Origin: Planctomycetota bacterium
Lineage (GTDB): Bacteria > Planctomycetota > MHYJ01 > WSZJ01
NCBI GenBank assembly: GCA_038060895.1
Contig: JBBTCT010000022.1
Location: 320,001-384,000 of the forward strand
Direction: 5' to 3'
Length of the DNA: 64,000 nucleotides
Made by a program: the position numbers and the translations under genes. Each line of letters begins with the position of its first letter. The stretch's first letter is position 1. Shown piece after piece: positions 40,985-49,804 of this stretch. Under the pieces are notes generated by a model, which saw only the letters and a program-made list of their open reading frames with translations, was not told the DNA's origin and did not search any database.

Positions 40985-41890
40985 GTGAAACGCTTCCTCA
41001 GAAAACGCCTCCTGCTGTCTCTCGCGGCCGCCGGAACGCTGGCCGTGGTCTTTCACCTCGGCCTCTCGTCCTGCGGACCTTCGCGCACCGGCAAACCCGT
41101 CGTCGCGTGCTCCAATTCGATCCTCGCCGACTTCGCGCGCACGGTCGCCGGTCCGCACGTGGATGTCCGCACGCTGGCCATTCCCCTGGATGACGCCCAC
41201 AAGGTCGCGCCCACGGAGGAACTCAAACGCGCCGTCGGTGAATCCTGGGCAATCTTTGAGAACGGCCTGGGCCTCGAGCCGTGGCTGGACGACATCGTGA
41301 AGGCCGCGCCAGGCGAACACAGGCGCTTCGTCGCCACAAAGGGCGTCACGCCGATCCTGCGAGCGGACGGCTCGCCCGACCCGCACGCCTGGCTCGACCC
41401 TCGCAACGCCCAGACGTACGTGCTCAACGCCCGCGACATGCTCATCTCGGTGGACCCCGACCACGAATCGGACTTCCGCACGAACGCCGACTCGCTCATC
41501 GAGTCCATCAAGGGCGTCGAGGCCTACGTTACCTCCGAGGTCGAGTCGCTCGCCCCGCAGCGCCGCCGGATTCTCGTCGTCCACGACTCGATGCGTTACT
41601 TCGCGGCCCGCTTCGGATTCCAGACCACCGCCCTCGCCCCCGCAGGAATCAAACCAACCTCGCAGGATGGCGAAGCCGCCACGGACTGGCTCCTGAAGGA
41701 ACGGACGCCCGCGATGTTCACGGAAGCAGGGCACGACGAGGAAGCGATCCGCGCGCTCTCTTTCAAGAACGGCCGCAACGTGCTGGGCCCTCTCTGGACG
41801 GACACGCTCGACGCCCCCGGAAAACCGGCGGGGAGCTACGTCGGCGCCATGAAGGAAAACACGGCGCTGATCGTCAAGGGACTCCGCTGA
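40985..41890 (+). CDS. second metal ABC substrate-binding lipoprotein
   Basis: LSSC lipobox; ENGLGLEPW, DPHAWLD, HDSMRYF and LWTD motifs. Confidence 0.9.
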   Translation: MKRFLRKRLLLSLAAAGTLAVVFHLGLSSCGPSRTGKPVVACSNSILADFARTVAGPHVDVRTLAIPLDDAHKVAPTEELKRAVGESWAIFENGLGLEPWLDDIVKAAPGEHRRFVATKGVTPILRADGSPDPHAWLDPRNAQTYVLNARDMLISVDPDHESDFRTNADSLIESIKGVEAYVTSEVESLAPQRRRILVVHDSMRYFAARFGFQTTALAPAGIKPTSQDGEAATDWLLKERTPAMFTEAGHDEEAIRALSFKNGRNVLGPLWTDTLDAPGKPAGSYVGAMKENTALIVKGLR

Positions 41891-41910
41891 GCCGCCTGCG
41901 CCAGCGCTTC

Positions 41911-42291
41911 TATGTCAGTCCCCTCGTCCTCAAGGACGGCCACCTGCGTCCCGTCGTGGACCTCTACGACGCGGCCTGGACATGGCTCGCGGACATCGGC
42001 GAGCGCCGGCTGGTGCAGGTGTTCGCGAAGCCCCAGACGATGACGCGGCTCGACCGTGACCGGCGGCTGGAAGCGATTGCCGGTGAAGCGTTCTCTCTGA
42101 TGCAGGAGCTGACGCACCGCGAGGGCGGGGCGGAGCTGTTGAGGGAAGCCCTGGTGCGGCACCCGCAGATTGTTGATGCCGCGCGCGAAGCGCTGGCCGC
42201 GGCGCCGCCGAGGAGCGAGTCTCCCTTCGCGGCGGCGGATGCGAACCGCCCCGGAAAAGACGGGTTCGCGCCGCCCTCGTCAACCGGATAA
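41911..42291 (+). CDS. possible small hypothetical protein or gene remnant
   Basis: Protein-like tail of ORF 41281-42291 (…VDLYDAAWTWLADIGERRLVQ…); start unclear. Confidence 0.35.
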   Translation, partial: YVSPLVLKDGHLRPVVDLYDAAWTWLADIGERRLVQVFAKPQTMTRLDRDRRLEAIAGEAFSLMQELTHREGGAELLREALVRHPQIVDAAREALAAAPPRSESPFAAADANRPGKDGFAPPSSTG

Positions 42292-42348
42292 GATCCCGGC
42301 TTCCCCGCGCCCGTCGCCGGGCGCCTTCGACTTCCCGAGGAGTTCTCC

Positions 42349-43131
42349 ATGCGTTCCCTGTGCCTGCTTGCCCTCATCGCCCTCGCCGCGTGGGCCGACG
42401 ACACGGTCATCGTCACGGGTCACGGCGAAGCGAAAGTCCGCCCGGATCGCGTGGAGTTCCGCTTCGCCGTCAGCGCGCGCGCTGAAAAAGCGGCGGACGC
42501 GGTGACGAAGATCGGCGAGAAGTCAGCGAAGGTGCGGGACGACCTCAAGGCAGCGGCGGCGGCCCGGAAGCTCGAAGGCGCGACGGTGAAGGAGAGCGGG
42601 CTCGACTTCCGGAGCCCTCCCGGGAACGAGGACGCGATGGTCGTGATGGGGGGTGCGGGAGGCGGCGGCGAAGGCGGCGGGGAAGTGATGGTCGAGAAGA
42701 CGGTGACGATGACGGTGGACGGGATCGACAAGCTGAAGGATGGGGAAGTGGCGGAGCATGTGGCGGCGATCGTGGATGCGGCGGTCGCAGCGGGAGCGAA
42801 CTACTCGGGCGGCATGCAGTGGGACTGGACGGGGCGCGGGCCGGTCCCGGCGACCGTCGTTTTCCGGATGAGCGATCCGCAGGCCGCGCTCGCCAAGGCG
42901 TGGGACGCGGCGGCCGAAGACGCGAAAAAACGGGCGGCCGAGATTGCGAAGCGCTTCGGCCGGCAGATCGGCGACGTGTCGAAAGTTGAGGACGTGAGCG
43001 GGCCGCTGTCGGGGACGGCGGAGGCGCAGCCTCTGGCGCCCGGGCAGGCGGGGAGCCACCAGTCAACGTTCAGCGGGACGGGGGAAGCGACGATCACGGC
43101 TGAGCTGAAGGTGGAGTTCAAGCTCAAATAG
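42349..43131 (+). CDS. SIMPL (DUF541) domain secreted protein
   Basis: VTGHGEAKVRPD, AVAAGAN and DAKKRAAEIA motifs; GAGGAG RBS. Confidence 0.85.
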   Translation: MRSLCLLALIALAAWADDTVIVTGHGEAKVRPDRVEFRFAVSARAEKAADAVTKIGEKSAKVRDDLKAAAAARKLEGATVKESGLDFRSPPGNEDAMVVMGGAGGGGEGGGEVMVEKTVTMTVDGIDKLKDGEVAEHVAAIVDAAVAAGANYSGGMQWDWTGRGPVPATVVFRMSDPQAALAKAWDAAAEDAKKRAAEIAKRFGRQIGDVSKVEDVSGPLSGTAEAQPLAPGQAGSHQSTFSGTGEATITAELKVEFKLK

Positions 43132-43225
43132 AGCGCGCGGCCGCCGACTCCAGCCTCAGGCCTGGGCAAAAGAGAGGGCCGCGGCAGAAACCGCGGCCCA
43201 CTTTCATGGCTGCAGGATCGCCTGA

Positions 43226-43786
43226 CTAATCGGAGGCCGCGGGCGCTATCCACGTCGTGACGCCGAGGAAACTGTCGGTTGCCAGGAAGAATCCGGAGGA
43301 CGCGTCCAGCACGTCCACGCGGCCCTGGAAATACAGGACGTTGATGTCCTCGCTGTTGTGATTGGCCAGTTCATCGGCCGCAAGGGGCATGTCCGCAGGG
43401 GCGTTCGTGCCGACACCCAGGACGGGGATCGTGTAGGCCGGCCCTGACGGGGGGGTCCACGACGAACCCGTCGAGATGATTCCCTGGTAGTGAGTTCCCG
43501 CTCCCTTCTTGCCGCGAATGGCGCACCGGAAAAGATTGCCGTCGGTGGCGATCGATTGTCCCCAGAGTTCCCCGAACCACGTCGCCGCGCCCGGGATCGG
43601 GTAGTTCTCGAACTTGTTGTGGTAGAGCAGGAAGTACAACCCGATGCTCTTCAGGTTGTTCACGCAGTCCTTCTTCTTCGCCGCTTTTTTCGCTCCCATC
43701 AGGGCCGGAAGGAGGAGCCCGGCAAGGATCCCGATGATGGCGATGACGACGAGAAGTTCGATGAGGGTAAAACCGCGCCTGCGCAT
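43226..43786 (-). CDS. prepilin-type N-terminal cleavage/methylation protein
   Basis: [27 protein letters not shown]…CVNNLKSIG. Confidence 0.92.
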   Translation of the reverse strand: MRRRGFTLIELLVVIAIIGILAGLLLPALMGAKKAAKKKDCVNNLKSIGLYFLLYHNKFENYPIPGAATWFGELWGQSIATDGNLFRCAIRGKKGAGTHYQGIISTGSSWTPPSGPAYTIPVLGVGTNAPADMPLAADELANHNSEDINVLYFQGRVDVLDASSGFFLATDSFLGVTTWIAPAASD

Positions 43787-44199
43787 GAGAGTGCTCCTGT
43801 TTACGTGAAAATTCCGGGTCCGCGAGGCCGGCGCAGTGGAAGCGCAGGCAGCCTCCGCCGGGGAAAGCCGGTCGCGGACCGACCTGCGCAGCCAGCGGGC
43901 CGAGCAGGGCGAAAAGGTCTTTCGGGCGCGTCGCAGGAGACCGGGTTGTGCCGGCAGGCCCCGGGTTGGGGCGCGCCGTTCGAAGATGGATATAGGAAAG
44001 CGCTTGCGAGCTTGCGACCGGTAGTCTCGGGACGCGGCAGTGCGCGATTTCAGGCTCTCGACGGCGGTCGGACGGGCCTCCTTTCACCACAAAGGGACAC
44101 CAGGAGTATAAGTCGAGAATTGCACGGAGCGCAAAGGTGAAAAGCGCCTTAAAGCCTTAAATTCGAAGGGGAAACGAGGGCCATCCTTACAATCCACGC

Positions 44200-45216
44200 A
44201 TGAGAACCCTGCTGGCGGCGGCCGTGGTGCTTTCCGGCCTTTGCCTGTCCGCACGGTCGGAGGAGCCCGAAGTGAAGCCGCCGACTCTCGACAGCGTCTG
44301 TGACGCGATGGCACCGATCATTGCAAAGGGGATCGCCGAGAAGGACACCGCCGCTCCGGTGTTTCACGGCAACATCGACTGGCACTCCGCCGTTCACGGT
44401 CACTGGGCGCTCTTCAGGATCGCCCGCGCCACCGGCCGCCACGGTGAAGAAGCGCGGCTGGCGGACGAGTCTCTGGAGCCCGGTCTGATTCTCAAGGAGA
44501 TGGCTCTGCTCAAGGACGACCCCCTGGGAGAACTACCGTACGGCTTTGCCTGGTTCCTCCTGCTGGCGGAGGAGTTCGAACAGTGGAGCACAGAGCTGAA
44601 AGGCAAAGACCCGAAGCGGCTGCGCGCCATGGCGGACGCCGCGGCGGCCGCGCTCGTCGCGCACTATCGCCGAAAAGGGCCTTCGCCCCTGACTCGCGAA
44701 TACGAAAACGCATCGTGGGCCATGGTCCGCCTCCACAGCTGGTTCTCGTTCGCGCAGGACAAGGAAGCGCTCGCGGCCGTGAATGCATGGATCGCGGGCA
44801 TGAAAGGCCTGGAGAAGCCTGCGAACGGTTTCGTTTTCGATCGCAGTCACTCCGATTTCTTCTCGCGCTTCGGCAACTTCGCCTACCTCACCGCGAAGAC
44901 GCGCGAGCCGGCTGACCTCTCGGCTTTCATGGCCCTGCGCCCGATTTTCGACGAGGACATTGCGCCCCTCGTGAACACGGACGACACCGCCCACCACCTG
45001 GGCACGAACTGGTCGCGCGCGTGGGCACTCAAGGCGCTGGCAGCGACCGCGCCCGAGGAAGCCGACCGGAAGCGCTTCCGGAAGGCGTTCGAAGCGCATG
45101 TCGTGCAGGGGATGAAGCAGCACGAGGAGTCCAAGGGCGACTACTGGGCGTACGGCCACTGGGTGCCGCAGTTTGCGGTGTATGCCGTGACGGATGGAGA
45201 TGACGAGAAGAAGTAG
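44200..45216 (+). CDS. DUF2891-family secreted protein
   Basis: FHGNIDWHSAVHGHW, PYGFAW, HHLGTNWSRAW and HWVPQFA motifs. Confidence 0.8.
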   Translation: MRTLLAAAVVLSGLCLSARSEEPEVKPPTLDSVCDAMAPIIAKGIAEKDTAAPVFHGNIDWHSAVHGHWALFRIARATGRHGEEARLADESLEPGLILKEMALLKDDPLGELPYGFAWFLLLAEEFEQWSTELKGKDPKRLRAMADAAAAALVAHYRRKGPSPLTREYENASWAMVRLHSWFSFAQDKEALAAVNAWIAGMKGLEKPANGFVFDRSHSDFFSRFGNFAYLTAKTREPADLSAFMALRPIFDEDIAPLVNTDDTAHHLGTNWSRAWALKALAATAPEEADRKRFRKAFEAHVVQGMKQHEESKGDYWAYGHWVPQFAVYAVTDGDDEKK

Positions 45217-45237
45217 CCCGCGAGAGAGATGGGAATT

Positions 45238-45316
45238 GGTAGGGGGTAGTGGGTAGGAGGTAGGAGAGACCGTTGCAGTGGCTGCTTTTCCTGCCTCCTA
45301 CCGACTACCCCCTGCC
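45238..45316. repeat. GGTAGNN heptamer-repeat hairpin between convergent genes
   Basis: GGTAGGGGGTAGTGGGTAGGAGGTAGG pairs with CCTGCCTCCTACCGACTACCCCCTGCC; shares GGTAGGGGGTAGT with the 12.5-kb element. Confidence 0.7.
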
Positions 45317-45352
45317 GTACCGATGTCGGCAGCTTCGTCTGGTCCTGCTTGA

Positions 45353-46795
45353 TCACATCGCAGCGAGCACTGCTTTAAGCAGTCCATACACCCTTTCCAC
45401 GCTCGCGATCTTCACGCGTTCATCCGGGGAATGCGCGCCGTGGATGTCCGGCCCGAACGAGATCGCGTCGAGCCCCGGCATCCGGTCCTTGAGCGTCCCG
45501 CACTCGAGCCCGGCGTGCACGCCGCGCACATCCGGCTCGTGCCCGAATGTTTTCGCGTACTGCTCCCGGACGAGTTTGAGAAGTGCACTGCCGGGGTCCG
45601 GCTTCCACCCCGGCGTCCGCGGCCCCTGCCTGCACGTCGCACCGGCCAGCTGCGCTATCGAGCGGTGCTGGCCCGCCATCTGCTCGAGGGACGAGTTGAC
45701 GGAAGAGCGGCTGGTGCAGCAGATGCGCAGGGCACCGCGCGCAGTCGAAGCGACGGCAAGGTTGGTGCTCGACTCGACGAGGTCCTTGACGGTCTGGGAC
45801 ATGGCGAGGAGGCCGTGGGGGAGCGCCGCGAGAAGCGCGAGGGCGCGGGCTGAATCGGCCGCTCCCCATGCGTCCTTTGGAGACGCAGCGGCGAACCGGA
45901 TCTCGAGGCCGTCGTCGATCCCGGCCACTTCTTCCGCGCGGATTCGCGCGATCGCCGCAGTCGCGGCCTTCTCAAGCGCCGCAAGTCCCTTCGCCGCGAC
46001 AGCTACAACCGCCCGCGCCTCCCGCGGAATCGCGTTGCGCTTGTTCCCGCCCTCGACGTGCGCAAGCCGGAGCCCATCGCCCGCCGCGACGAGCGCCCTC
46101 GCGAGGATCCGGATCGCGTTGCCGCGATTCGTGTGAATCTCGAGCCCCGAGTGGCCTCCCTTGAGACCGGTGACGAATACTTCGCGCGCCACCCAGCCCC
46201 TGGGAAGCGCCGACCGTGCCGCCTCGAGCGAGATCATCGACTCCTGCATTCCAGCGCAGCCGATGGTGAGCGAGGTGTCGTCTTCCGAGTCGAGGTTGAT
46301 CATCCGCGTCCCCGTGAAAAATCCCGGCTCGACGTTCTGGGCGCCGGTGAGGCCGCGCTCCTCATCGACGGTGAGCAGGATTTCGATCGGCCCGTGCGCG
46401 ACCGAGGGATCTTCCGCCGCCGCGATCGCCATGGAAACGCCGATGGCGTTGTCCGCGCCGAGGGTCGTGCCGTCGGCGACCACCCACTCGCCCTTCACCC
46501 GCGGAACGATCGGGTCCCTGGCGAAATTGTGATTCGACGACGCATTTTTCTCGCAGACCATGTCGACGTGACCCTGCAATACGGTCACCGGCGTGCTCTC
46601 GCGGCCTTTGGCTGCAGGGACTGAGATCAACAGATTTCCGGTCTTGTCGCGCTTCGTTTTCTGCCCGCGCCCTTTCGCACGCTTTTCGAGCATGGACATG
46701 ACCGCGGACTCGGCGCCGCTGGCGCGCGGAACGCGATCGATTTCGGCGAACAGCTTCCAGACGGCGGCGGGCTGAAGGGTGTCGTAAGTGCTCAT
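45353..46795 (-). CDS. pepD: aminoacyl-histidine dipeptidase (M20C)
   Basis: QGHVDMVCEK, TTLGADN, DEERGL, NLDSED, GGHSG, HAGLECG and HSPDE motifs. Confidence 0.93.
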   Translation of the reverse strand: MSTYDTLQPAAVWKLFAEIDRVPRASGAESAVMSMLEKRAKGRGQKTKRDKTGNLLISVPAAKGRESTPVTVLQGHVDMVCEKNASSNHNFARDPIVPRVKGEWVVADGTTLGADNAIGVSMAIAAAEDPSVAHGPIEILLTVDEERGLTGAQNVEPGFFTGTRMINLDSEDDTSLTIGCAGMQESMISLEAARSALPRGWVAREVFVTGLKGGHSGLEIHTNRGNAIRILARALVAAGDGLRLAHVEGGNKRNAIPREARAVVAVAAKGLAALEKAATAAIARIRAEEVAGIDDGLEIRFAAASPKDAWGAADSARALALLAALPHGLLAMSQTVKDLVESSTNLAVASTARGALRICCTSRSSVNSSLEQMAGQHRSIAQLAGATCRQGPRTPGWKPDPGSALLKLVREQYAKTFGHEPDVRGVHAGLECGTLKDRMPGLDAISFGPDIHGAHSPDERVKIASVERVYGLLKAVLAAM

Positions 46796-46909
46796 CGAGG
46801 TGTGTTCCGTTTGAGGGGGCAGGGATGATAAATCCTCGGGGGAATCCGGTCACCTTTCGTGGGGAAGCGAGGGCAGGGCGGAATGTTGAGTAAATAAGTA
46901 AACTATAAC

Positions 46910-46938
46910 TTGACCCCGACTCTTTCTCCTCCTATGGT
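46910..46938 (+). promoter_or_regulatory. sigma70-like promoter
   Basis: TTGACC-17-TATGGT with an AT-rich upstream tract. Confidence 0.65.
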
Positions 46939-46948
46939 CTTCACCTTC

Positions 46949-47014
46949 ATGACGACGCGCATCCTCCATCGCATGTGTTGTCCCCGGGCCGCTGCCCGGG
47001 GCGCGCGCTCGTAG
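46949..47014 (+). CDS. putative Cys-Cys leader peptide MTTRILHRMCCPRAAARGARS
   Basis: Starts just after the predicted TSS; TGT TGT followed by hairpin CCCCGGG…CCCGGGG. Confidence 0.45.
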   Translation: MTTRILHRMCCPRAAARGARS

Positions 47015-47099
47015 CGTCTCTCCGGTCGCGGCCCTTCTCCTGCCTTCGCCGGACCGGAATCATGACTCGCTGAATCAACATTAACGGAGACCCTCTTCC

Positions 47100-47189
47100 A
47101 TGATCACCCCCGTCATCCTTCTCGCCGTCGCCATCGTCTTTGCCGTCGCCGCCGGCCTCTGGGGCCGCCACGAGGAAGAGCAGATCTAG
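47100..47189 (+). CDS. 29-aa single-TM small protein MITPVILLAVAIVFAVAAGLWGRHEEEQI
   Basis: GGAG RBS; GC3-rich codons; 5 nt before the ABC ATPase. Confidence 0.55.
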   Translation: MITPVILLAVAIVFAVAAGLWGRHEEEQI

Positions 47190-47194
47190 CCCCG

Positions 47195-48016
47195 ATGAAT
47201 CTCGCCCTCGACACGCCTCCGGTCGCAATCCCGAAAGCCGAAATCTTCCGGCTCGCGCTGGCCGGGGTGTCGAAATCGTACGGCTCTCTCACCGCGGTGA
47301 AGGACGTGTCGCTCTCAATCCGCCGCGGCGAGTTCCTGTCGCTCCTCGGGCCGAGCGGGTGTGGCAAGACGACAATCCTCCAGCTTCTCGCAGGATTCGA
47401 GAAACCAGACTCCGGGCGCGTGCTGATGGATGGCCACCCGATCTCAGGCGCCGGGCCCGATCGTCTCGTCATTTTCCAGGAACCGGCGCTCCTTCCATGG
47501 CTGACCGTCGCCGAGAACATCGGCTTCGGACTGCCGAAACACCCTCGTCCGCTGCACGACGAAACAGTCGGGCTTCTCCTGCGACTCGTGCACCTCGACC
47601 GGTTCGGGCACCTCCGGCCTCACCAGCTCTCCGGTGGCATGAAGCAACGCGCCGCCCTTGCCCGCGCACTCGCAGTCGATCCCCAGGTGCTCCTGATGGA
47701 CGAACCCTTCGCTTCTCTCGACCCGCAGACGCGCGAACTTCTTCATCTTGACCTCCAGCGCCTCTGGCTCGGGTTGCACAAGACCGTCGTGTTCGTGACT
47801 CACAGCGTCGAGGAAGCGGTCCGGCTCTCCGATCGCATCGCCATCATGGCGACTCAGCCGGGGCGTATCCGCCGCGTCCTGGACGTCAATCTGCTGCACC
47901 CGCGCGATTTCAATTCGCCCGAAGTTGCCGAGCTGCGTGCGGCCATCCGGGAAGAGATGCAGGACGAGATGACGAAGCTGGCGCGCCGCGAAGGGGACGA
48001 AGGGTGGCGTCCGTGA
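47195..48016 (+). CDS. sulfonate/taurine/nitrate-type ABC ATP-binding protein
   Basis: GPSGCGKT, FQEPALLPWLTV, LSGGMKQR, LMDEPF and VTHSVEEA motifs. Confidence 0.93.
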   Translation: MNLALDTPPVAIPKAEIFRLALAGVSKSYGSLTAVKDVSLSIRRGEFLSLLGPSGCGKTTILQLLAGFEKPDSGRVLMDGHPISGAGPDRLVIFQEPALLPWLTVAENIGFGLPKHPRPLHDETVGLLLRLVHLDRFGHLRPHQLSGGMKQRAALARALAVDPQVLLMDEPFASLDPQTRELLHLDLQRLWLGLHKTVVFVTHSVEEAVRLSDRIAIMATQPGRIRRVLDVNLLHPRDFNSPEVAELRAAIREEMQDEMTKLARREGDEGWRP

Positions 48017-48756
48017 AACCAGAACATCTCCCGTTGTTTTTCGCGTCCGCCGCGGCCTGCCTCGTGGTTCCCGCCTCCGTCGAGGCCGCCTCCCCTTCGC
48101 CATCGGGGATCGCCCTCAACCTCGCGCACGGCTTCGCTTCCGGAGACTACTTCCTCGCCCTCGGCGCATCGGCGCTTCGCATCGCCGCCGGCTTTGCGAT
48201 CGCAGCGATACTCGGCGGCGCTCTCGGAATTCTTCAGGCCGTGGTGGTCCCCGTCCGCCGCATCTGCGGTCCCCTCACCACAGGAGTCCAGGCCCTCCCG
48301 GCCGTCTGCTGGCTCCCCGTCGCGCTCCTCTGGTTCGGCCGCGGAGAGGCCGCCGTCCTCTTCTGCGTCGTCGTCGGCTCTCTTTTCGCCGTCGCCCTCG
48401 GCGTCCGCGACGGCCTCGCCCAGGTCCCGCCCCTCCTGCGCCGCGTCGGCCAGACCTTCGGCCTCTCCCGCTGGCACCAGGTCACCCGCATCACCATTCC
48501 CGCTGCACTCCCTGCCATCCTCGCCGGCCTCAAGCAGGGCTGGTCCTTCGGCTGGCGCGCCCTCATGGCCGGCGAATTGATCTGCGCCACGGCAGGCTTG
48601 GGCCGATCGCTCACGGCCGGAAGAGAAGCCGGCGACTCCAACCAGGTGTTCGCCGTGATGCTTCTCATCCTCTTCCTCGGCGTCGCCGTCGATCGCTTCG
48701 GGTTCGGGCTGATTGAGAAGCGGGTGCTGGCCAAGCGGGGGCTGGCGTCCGCCTGA
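48013..48756 (+). CDS. SsuC/TauC-like ABC permease
   Basis: QALPAVCWLPVALLWFG, IPAALP and WRALMAGE motifs; GTGA overlap. Confidence 0.88.
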   Translation: MKPEHLPLFFASAAACLVVPASVEAASPSPSGIALNLAHGFASGDYFLALGASALRIAAGFAIAAILGGALGILQAVVVPVRRICGPLTTGVQALPAVCWLPVALLWFGRGEAAVLFCVVVGSLFAVALGVRDGLAQVPPLLRRVGQTFGLSRWHQVTRITIPAALPAILAGLKQGWSFGWRALMAGELICATAGLGRSLTAGREAGDSNQVFAVMLLILFLGVAVDRFGFGLIEKRVLAKRGLASA

Positions 48757-48859
48757 AGCGTCACCCGAGGAGGCCAGGGGGGACTTTGTGCCCAAACGAT
48801 GCGACCCACCACCGTTGTTCCTGATACTCTCTGATCTTCAAATTATCAGGAGACTCCTC

Positions 48860-49789
48860 ATGCCCCGCCCCCTGCTCGCTGCCATTTTCTTTCTCTTCGC
48901 CCCGGCCTTTGCCCTCGCCGGCGAGCCGTCCCAGGACGAGCTCAAAAAGAAGAAAGAGGAGGTCCTCAAGGATCCTTTCCTCAAGAAAGCGCCCTGGACG
49001 CTCGACTACGACAAGGCGCTGGCCGAGGCCGTGAAGACGGGGAAGCCGGTCTTCGCGTACTTCACCCGATCGTTCGCCCCCTGACCCTTCTGCAAACAGG
49101 TTGAAGGCGGCGCCTTCAGCGACAAGGGGTTCCCGGCGTTTGCGGCGAAGGTCGTGCTGTTCTGCCACGTCACTTCGCACATCGAGAACGAGCCCAACGA
49201 CAAGCTGTTCGAGCAGAAGGGCGGCGGCGGGTACCCGACGATCATGATGCTGGACGAGAAGGGCGACATGATCGGAAAGCACTCCGGCGAAAGATCGGTC
49301 GCAGAGTTCGAGAAGACGGTCGGTAAGGCCGTCAGGTACCTCGACCTGCGGAAGAAGGCCGAGTCGGGTGACAAGGCGGCCGGAATCGACCTGGCGATCG
49401 CGAAGCTGGAGCTCGGGTCGCTCACTGCGGACGCGGCGCAGAAGCAGATCGCCGAGCTGGGCACGCCGACACCGGAGCAGCAGGCGCAGCTCGACGCCGT
49501 ACTCTTGAACCAGGAGGTCATGGCGATCTCCAAGTCCGCGGGCCAGGACCGCGCTTCCGCAGGCAAGAAGTTCAGCGAGATGAAAACGGCGGGGAAAATC
49601 CCGACGGGCGCGACGGAGTACCTCACGTTCTGGGACAACATCACTGTCTACGCCGAGGCGCAGAACGACGTGACGATGTTCGAGGAGGCGCTGGCAAAAG
49701 TCCGCGAAAAGATCGGTCAGAATCCCAGCAAGAAGAAGTACTTCGAAACGAAGGAAGCGGCGCTGAAGAAGATGAAGTCGAAGAAATAG
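48860..49789 (+). CDS. secreted thioredoxin-like selenoprotein (UxxC; TGA at 49082-49084 read as Sec)
   Basis: AGGAG RBS; signal peptide; GKPVFAYFTRSFAP-U-PFC in frame with downstream GYPT thioredoxin half; hairpin 15 nt after the UGA. Confidence 0.8.
49085..49128 (+). promoter_or_regulatory. putative bacterial SECIS element
   Basis: GTTGAAGGC-GGC-GCCTTCAGC stem-loop (49100-49120) plus outer CCCTT/AAGGG pairing. Confidence 0.6.
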
Positions 49790-49804
49790 CAGGGTCCGGA
49801 GGCG

